The notes beneath the pieces are model-generated. The model saw nothing but the letters and a program-made list of their open reading frames with translations, did no database searches and had not been told where the DNA came from. A DNA stretch of 39,753 nt from an uncultured Magnetovibrio sp. (GTDB taxonomy: Bacteria; Pseudomonadota; Alphaproteobacteria; Rhodospirillales; Casp-alpha2): positions 1-39,753 of the forward strand of contig CAYXUT010000004.1 in the NCBI GenBank assembly GCA_964468005.1, in the 5' to 3' direction. This document shows positions 34,913 through 39,753 of the stretch, piece by piece. The translations under genes and the position numbers were made by a program. Numbering within the stretch: position 1 is the first letter of the stretch; each line of letters starts with the position of its first letter.

Positions 34913-35818
34913 TCATGTTCGCCTTATATTGGCAATTGTGATGCCGCCAAGGATTAGCGTCAAGGCAGCGATGGACTGCAAGCTAACAACTTCGGTTAAG
35001 ATCAAGGCGCCCCAGAAGACGCCGAAGACCGGATTTAGGTAGTTGACGAAGGAAATGAATGACGCACCCTGCGTTTCGACGAGGCGGAAAAAGATCAGCG
35101 TCGCCAGCCCGGTTGGCAGAATGCCGATGTAAATCGTTGCCACCCAAGCGTCAGCATCGGCGCTTAGGAAGGCCATCGGACCGTCCATGGCCAACGCCAT
35201 CAACACCGAAAGTATAGTGCCACAAAGCATCACCATGGTGGCCCGGCCGATCGTTGATGAGCTCGTCCCAACGCCACCAAGATTTCGAGTCAGCACTGCG
35301 TTGACGGCGTAACAACACGCCCCGGCGGCGATGCCAAGTTGGTAGAGAAGGTCGCCACCGAGGCCCTTCAATGCTTCCGGACCGATCAGCGCAATCACGC
35401 CACCAAAACCGACGGCGACGCCGATTAGCTTAAACAGCGTGAAGCGATCACCCTCGTTGAAGAAATGCGCCAGCACAATTGTGGTCAAGGGCATCACTGC
35501 CATCAGGATGGCGGCAAGGCCGCTTTCAACGCGCTGCTCGCCCCAACCGATTAGGAAAAATGGCAGCGTGATACCGAAAATGCCGAGCGCGAAACCGATG
35601 CCCCAACTTGGCAAATCTTTCGGCATTCTCGCGCCGCGCCACCACATGATCGGATAGAGCACCACGAGTGCGATCGCGGTTCTGACGGCGACGAGACTCA
35701 TGGGCGGCATGGTATGGACAGCAATCTTGATGGCTGAAAATGAAGAGCCCCAAACCGAAGCCAGTATGATCAGCCAGATCACGTCCCGCCAGAACGCCGC
35801 CTTATCATCGACTGTCAT
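34913..35818 (-). CDS. DMT superfamily (EamA-type) transporter
   Basis: About 301 aa and polytopic, with two EamA-like halves. I prefer the ATG at 35818, 8 nt after the epimerase stop. The track start at 35854 overlaps the epimerase gene. Confidence 0.85.
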   Translation of the reverse strand: MTVDDKAAFWRDVIWLIILASVWGSSFSAIKIAVHTMPPMSLVAVRTAIALVVLYPIMWWRGARMPKDLPSWGIGFALGIFGITLPFFLIGWGEQRVESGLAAILMAVMPLTTIVLAHFFNEGDRFTLFKLIGVAVGFGGVIALIGPEALKGLGGDLLYQLGIAAGACCYAVNAVLTRNLGGVGTSSSTIGRATMVMLCGTILSVLMALAMDGPMAFLSADADAWVATIYIGILPTGLATLIFFRLVETQGASFISFVNYLNPVFGVFWGALILTEVVSLQSIAALTLILGGITIANIRRT

Positions 35819-35826
35819 GACCGACG

Positions 35827-36813
35827 CTAGATGCCGTAGTAGCCACGATACCAATCAACCAGTTTAGGCAGGCCTTCCTCGATGGTGGTCATGGGCTCGA
35901 AACCGAAGTCACGCTTGGTCGCTTCGATATCGGCGCAGGTCTCCTTGACATCACCCGGCTGCATCGGTTGGAAGTCGATATCGGCTTTCTTACCCAGTGC
36001 CCCTTCCAAGACCTCGATGAAATGCATCAGGTCTTCCGAGCGGTTGTTGCCAATGTTGTAGATGGCGTGCGGACGGTCACTGTTATCAGTTCCGCTCATA
36101 GGTGGCTTGTCCAGGCAGGCGATGACACCGGCGACGATATCATCGATAAAGGTAAAATCGCGCTTCATGTCGCCGTTGTTAAACACCGGAATCGGCTCTC
36201 CAGCGAGAATTTTTCGGATAAAAATAAAGGCGGCCATGTCGGGCCGGCCCCAGGGGCCATAGACAGTGAAGAAACGCATACCGGTCATGGGCAGGCCCCA
36301 CATGCGCGTGTAGGATTCGCTCATAAGTTCCATGGACTTCTTGGTCGCCGCATAAAGTGACAGCGGTGAATCCGTACGGTCCTCAACTGAGAAGGGAAAA
36401 TCCGTATTGGCCCCGTAAACCGACGACGAAGAGGCATAGACGAAGTGTTTTAATTTCTTTAGCCGCCGCGCCGCCTCCATCAAGACCAAGTGGCCCTCGA
36501 TGTTTGCGCGCGTGTAGGCGTAAGGGTTGACCAGCGAATACCGCACGCCTGCCTGCGCCGCCAGATGGACGACGCCGACGATGTTGGGATATTCAGCGAA
36601 CAGCATCTCGACCGGCACACGATCGGCAATATCGATCTTGTGGAAGGCAAAGCTTTTATAGCCGTTGAGGTTTTCCAGCCGGGCCTGCTTCAACGCTGGG
36701 TCATAGTAGTCATTGAGGTTGTCGATGCCGACCACCGGTGTGCCGCCCGCCAACAAAACCTTTGATACGCTTGATCCGATAAACCCGGCGGCGCCGGTCA
36801 CGAGCACGGTCAT
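35827..36813 (-). CDS. NAD-dependent epimerase, UDP-glucuronate 4-epimerase-like
   Basis: 328 aa from the ATG at 36813 (MTVLVTGAAGFIGS). It has NLNDYYDPALKQARL, the catalytic YAATKKS, and FFTVYGPWGRPDMA. Confidence 0.8.
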   Translation of the reverse strand: MTVLVTGAAGFIGSSVSKVLLAGGTPVVGIDNLNDYYDPALKQARLENLNGYKSFAFHKIDIADRVPVEMLFAEYPNIVGVVHLAAQAGVRYSLVNPYAYTRANIEGHLVLMEAARRLKKLKHFVYASSSSVYGANTDFPFSVEDRTDSPLSLYAATKKSMELMSESYTRMWGLPMTGMRFFTVYGPWGRPDMAAFIFIRKILAGEPIPVFNNGDMKRDFTFIDDIVAGVIACLDKPPMSGTDNSDRPHAIYNIGNNRSEDLMHFIEVLEGALGKKADIDFQPMQPGDVKETCADIEATKRDFGFEPMTTIEEGLPKLVDWYRGYYGI

Positions 36814-36989
36814 AACGGGAATCCCAAGTAGTTCATGGCCAAGGCTATAGCCCGTCCTCACACAAAAATCACTCGAAAGACGCCGGAAAATTTATTTTTT
36901 TGAGCCTAACCCCAAATTATACACCGTTCCTTGCTTTTTCATTGCGGTCAGATTGCCCAGCATCGTTTTCACCGTTAAAGTATTTCTCC

Positions 36990-39753
36990 ATGGACTTGAA
37001 AAACGTAAGCCTCTCGGACAAGTACGAGTTGCTGTCGGGACGCGTCTATCTCACCGGCACCCAGGCACTGGTGCGTTTGGCCCTTGAACAGGCCAGGCAC
37101 GACGCCGCCGCCGGCCTCGACACGGCGGGCTACGTCACCGGATACCGGGGCTCGCCCTTGGGCGGCATCGACAAGGAATTCACCGCCGCGCGGAATCTAC
37201 TCGGCGCGCATGGCGTCAAGTTCCACCCAGCCGTCAACGAGGACCTCGGCGCGACGGCGCTTTGGGGCACGCAGCAGGTCAATTTGCATCCGGGCGCCAA
37301 GCACGACGGCGTGTTTGGTATGTGGTACGGCAAAGGACCGGGCGTCGACCGTTCGGGCGACGTCTTGCGCCACGCCAATCTCGCCGGCACCTCGGCCAAT
37401 GGCGGCGTCCTAGCGCTGTTCGGCGATGATCCAGCCTGCAAGTCGTCGACCGTCGCCAGCCAGTCGGAGCATGCCATCATTGATGCACAGATCCCGCTCC
37501 TCAATCCGGCCGACGTGCGAGAGATGATCAAGTTCGGGCTTTTCGGCTATGCCATGTCGCGCTACTCGGGCTGCTGGGCCGGGCTCAAGTGCATCACTGA
37601 CAATATGGATTCGTCCGCCTCCTTCTGCCTCGACTCGTCGCTGCCTGAGATCATCCAGCCAACCGATTTCGAGATGCCGTCGGACGGCCTACATATCCGC
37701 TGGCCCGACCCGTTCCTGGAGCAGGAATACCGTCTACACAAATATAAGGTTTGTGCCGCCACCGCCTTCGCGCGAGCCAATAATATCAACCGCGTTACCT
37801 TCGATTCGAAGCAGCCCCGTTTCGGCATTGTCGCCACCGGCAAGGCCTACTTAGATACCCTGCAGGCGCTACACGACCTCGGCATTGACGAAACCGAGGC
37901 CGACCGGATTGGCTTACGGCTTCTCAAAATTGGCATGCCCTGGCCACTGGAACCGGAGGTCGTGCGCAACTTCACCAAAGGCCTCTCCGAAGTCGTCGTC
38001 ATTGAGGAAAAACGGGCCGTCATCGAGAACCAGTTGAAGGAACAGCTCTTCAACTGCGAAGCCTCAAAACGCCCCCGCGTGGTCGGCAAATTCGATGAGA
38101 AGGGTGAGTGGATCCTGCCTTCCGCCGGCGAACTGACGCCGGCGATGATCGCACGCGTCATCGCGACTCGCTTGCAGCCCTACCACACTTCCGAGGCTAT
38201 CACCAACCGCCTCGAGTTCCTTAACGCCAAGGAGAAAGAACTCTCCAACCGCTCCACAGATATCCAGCGCATCCCGTATTTCTGCTCGGGTTGCCCCCAC
38301 AACACTTCTACCAAAGTACCGGAAGGCTCACGCGCCGCCGCCGGAATCGGCTGCCATTTCATGGCCATTTGGATGGAACGCGACACTGAGACCTTCACTC
38401 ACATGGGCGGTGAAGGTGCTAACTGGATCGGCCAGTCGCCATTTACCGAAACGCCGCACATCTTCGCCAACCTGGGCGACGGCACCTACTATCATAGCGG
38501 CATTCTGGCGATCCGCGCCGCCGTCGCCGCCGAGGTCCCCATCACTTACAAAATCCTCTACAACGACGCGGTTGCGATGACTGGAGGCCAGCCCTTCGAT
38601 GGCCCCCTGGATCCAGCGATGATCGCTCGCCAAATTCACGCCGAGGGCGTCGAAAGAATCGCCGTCGTCACCGACGAGCTCGGCAAGTACTCTGCAGGCA
38701 CTCAATGGCCCGCCAACACCACCTTCCACGAACGCCACGAGATGGATACGCTGCAACGTGAACTACGCGAGTATCCGCGCGTTAGCGCACTGATCTACGA
38801 CCAGACCTGTGCGGCGGAAAAACGCCGTAGGAGGAAGCGGGGCACCTTCCCCGACCCGGCCAAACGCGCCTATATCAACGAACTCGTCTGCGAGGGCTGC
38901 GGCGATTGTGGTGTCACGTCTAACTGCGTCTCAATCATCCCCAAGGAGAGCGAAATTGGGCGCAAGCGCGCCATTGACCAATCGAATTGCAACAAGGATT
39001 TCTCCTGCATTGACGGCTTCTGTCCGAGCTTCGTCACCGTGCATGGCGCTAAGCTTCTCAAGCCGAAAGCTGCATTGGCATTCAAGGGAGCCGAGATCGA
39101 TGTCTTGACGCCCTTCGCCTCGCTGCCCGACCCGGTGCTGGCTTCGAGCGCCGAGCCCTACTCTATCGTCATCGGCGGTATCGGCGGCACCGGCGTAGTC
39201 ACAGTCTCAGCCCTGCTCGCCATGGCCGCACACGTCGAGGGCAAGGGCGTGACGGTACTGGACATCGCCGGACTTGCACAGAAGAACGGCGCCGTCTATG
39301 CGCATGTTCGAATATGTGAAGAGCCAAAAAAACTCCATGCCGTACGCATCGCGGCAGGCAGCGCTGATTTGTTGCTTGGCTTCGATATGGTAACGTCCAG
39401 CGTCGAGGAGACGCTCGAAAAGCTGCAGCCCGGACGCACCCGTGCGGTGGTCAACGAACACGAGACTATGACGGCAGAGTTTACCCGCGATCCGGACCTT
39501 CACTTTCCTAAACGACGCTTGAAAATGGCCATTGACGCCGCGGCAGGCATCAGCGAGACGGGCGAGCCCAATTCCAAATATATCGAGGCCACAGACCTCG
39601 CACGCCGGCTCCTAGGCGACACCATCGGCGCCAATCTGTTCCTGGTCGGCTACGCCTACCAAAAGGGCCTATTGCCCTTGGGTCTCAAAGCGCTGATCCG
39701 CGCCATCGAGATCAACAACGTCGCGGTTGAATTCAACGTCCAAGCCCTCGAGT
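36990..39753 (+). CDS. indolepyruvate ferredoxin oxidoreductase family protein (fused IorA/IorB type), 3'-truncated by the window end
   Basis: Absent from the ORF track because it has no stop in the window. The frame is open for 921 codons from the ATG at 36990. Product starts MDLKNVSLSDKYELLSGRVYLTGTQALVRL. It has the TPP motif GDGTYYHSG, CSGCPHN, the ferredoxin-like CEGCGDCGVTSNC ... CNKDFSC..GFCPSF, and the gamma-like IGGIGGTGVVT. Confidence 0.9.
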   Translation, partial: MDLKNVSLSDKYELLSGRVYLTGTQALVRLALEQARHDAAAGLDTAGYVTGYRGSPLGGIDKEFTAARNLLGAHGVKFHPAVNEDLGATALWGTQQVNLHPGAKHDGVFGMWYGKGPGVDRSGDVLRHANLAGTSANGGVLALFGDDPACKSSTVASQSEHAIIDAQIPLLNPADVREMIKFGLFGYAMSRYSGCWAGLKCITDNMDSSASFCLDSSLPEIIQPTDFEMPSDGLHIRWPDPFLEQEYRLHKYKVCAATAFARANNINRVTFDSKQPRFGIVATGKAYLDTLQALHDLGIDETEADRIGLRLLKIGMPWPLEPEVVRNFTKGLSEVVVIEEKRAVIENQLKEQLFNCEASKRPRVVGKFDEKGEWILPSAGELTPAMIARVIATRLQPYHTSEAITNRLEFLNAKEKELSNRSTDIQRIPYFCSGCPHNTSTKVPEGSRAAAGIGCHFMAIWMERDTETFTHMGGEGANWIGQSPFTETPHIFANLGDGTYYHSGILAIRAAVAAEVPITYKILYNDAVAMTGGQPFDGPLDPAMIARQIHAEGVERIAVVTDELGKYSAGTQWPANTTFHERHEMDTLQRELREYPRVSALIYDQTCAAEKRRRRKRGTFPDPAKRAYINELVCEGCGDCGVTSNCVSIIPKESEIGRKRAIDQSNCNKDFSCIDGFCPSFVTVHGAKLLKPKAALAFKGAEIDVLTPFASLPDPVLASSAEPYSIVIGGIGGTGVVTVSALLAMAAHVEGKGVTVLDIAGLAQKNGAVYAHVRICEEPKKLHAVRIAAGSADLLLGFDMVTSSVEETLEKLQPGRTRAVVNEHETMTAEFTRDPDLHFPKRRLKMAIDAAAGISETGEPNSKYIEATDLARRLLGDTIGANLFLVGYAYQKGLLPLGLKALIRAIEINNVAVEFNVQALE

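Noticed and set aside
37084-39503. About 14 short ORFs (60 to 142 aa) listed by the track on both strands.
   Set aside because: All lie inside the single open IOR-family reading frame that starts at 36990, so they are artefacts of the open-ended gene.
1-39753. Scan for CRISPR arrays, tRNA or rRNA genes, retron or RT elements, restriction, helicase or nuclease defence genes, toxin-antitoxin pairs and prophage genes.
   Set aside because: I saw no direct-repeat arrays, no tRNA-like GC-rich cloverleaf segments, and no ORFs with nuclease, helicase, ATPase or reverse-transcriptase motifs. The window appears to be core metabolic DNA.

Overview
This 39.75-kb window is a gene-dense chromosomal segment that reads like core and metabolic DNA of an alphaproteobacterium. 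That lineage call is an inference from four things: a three-gene PntAA/PntAB/PntB transhydrogenase, a COQ9-type 'rpsU-divergent' gene next to def and rpsU, paired DUF465 genes, and a fused indolepyruvate:ferredoxin oxidoreductase. I support 37 CDS calls, 4 gene relics, a few promoter candidates and one terminator.

Recognisable genes:
- Housekeeping: ltaE, purE, def, rpsU, pntAA-pntAB-pntB, pepF.
- Acyl-CoA enzymes: prpE, two further AMP-forming ligases, a family-III CoA-transferase, a PaaY-like protein.
- Transport: three DMT/EamA transporters and one Bcr/CflA MFS pump.
- Other: a SPOR lipoprotein, COQ9-like and ABC1/COQ8-like proteins, and a UDP-glucuronate-4-epimerase-like gene.

Two real genes are missing from the supplied ORF track. 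One is a 55-aa DUF465 gene (9759..9926, minus). The other is the largest gene in the window, the IOR-family gene that starts at 36990 and runs off the 3' end. Several track ORFs carry false N-terminal extensions, and I give corrected starts for them.

I found no rRNA, tRNA, CRISPR array, intact mobile element, or recognisable defence, secretion or toxin-antitoxin module. I do not see a convincing novel multi-gene system here.

The items most worth a second look are:
- A vertebrate-type arginine:glycine amidinotransferase homologue, placed back to back with a possibly leaderless GST/CoA-transferase pair.
- A 344-aa orphan protein.
- A catalytically degenerate GGDEF protein next to divergent DUF465 genes.
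- A consensus EcfG-type stress promoter in front of the SPOR lipoprotein gene.
- Two AT-rich islets.
- A high local density of gene relics: a PAS-GGDEF gene, an IS630 transposase, an enolase-superfamily gene and a 2Fe-2S subunit.

All homology statements are by-eye motif recognition. No searches were run.
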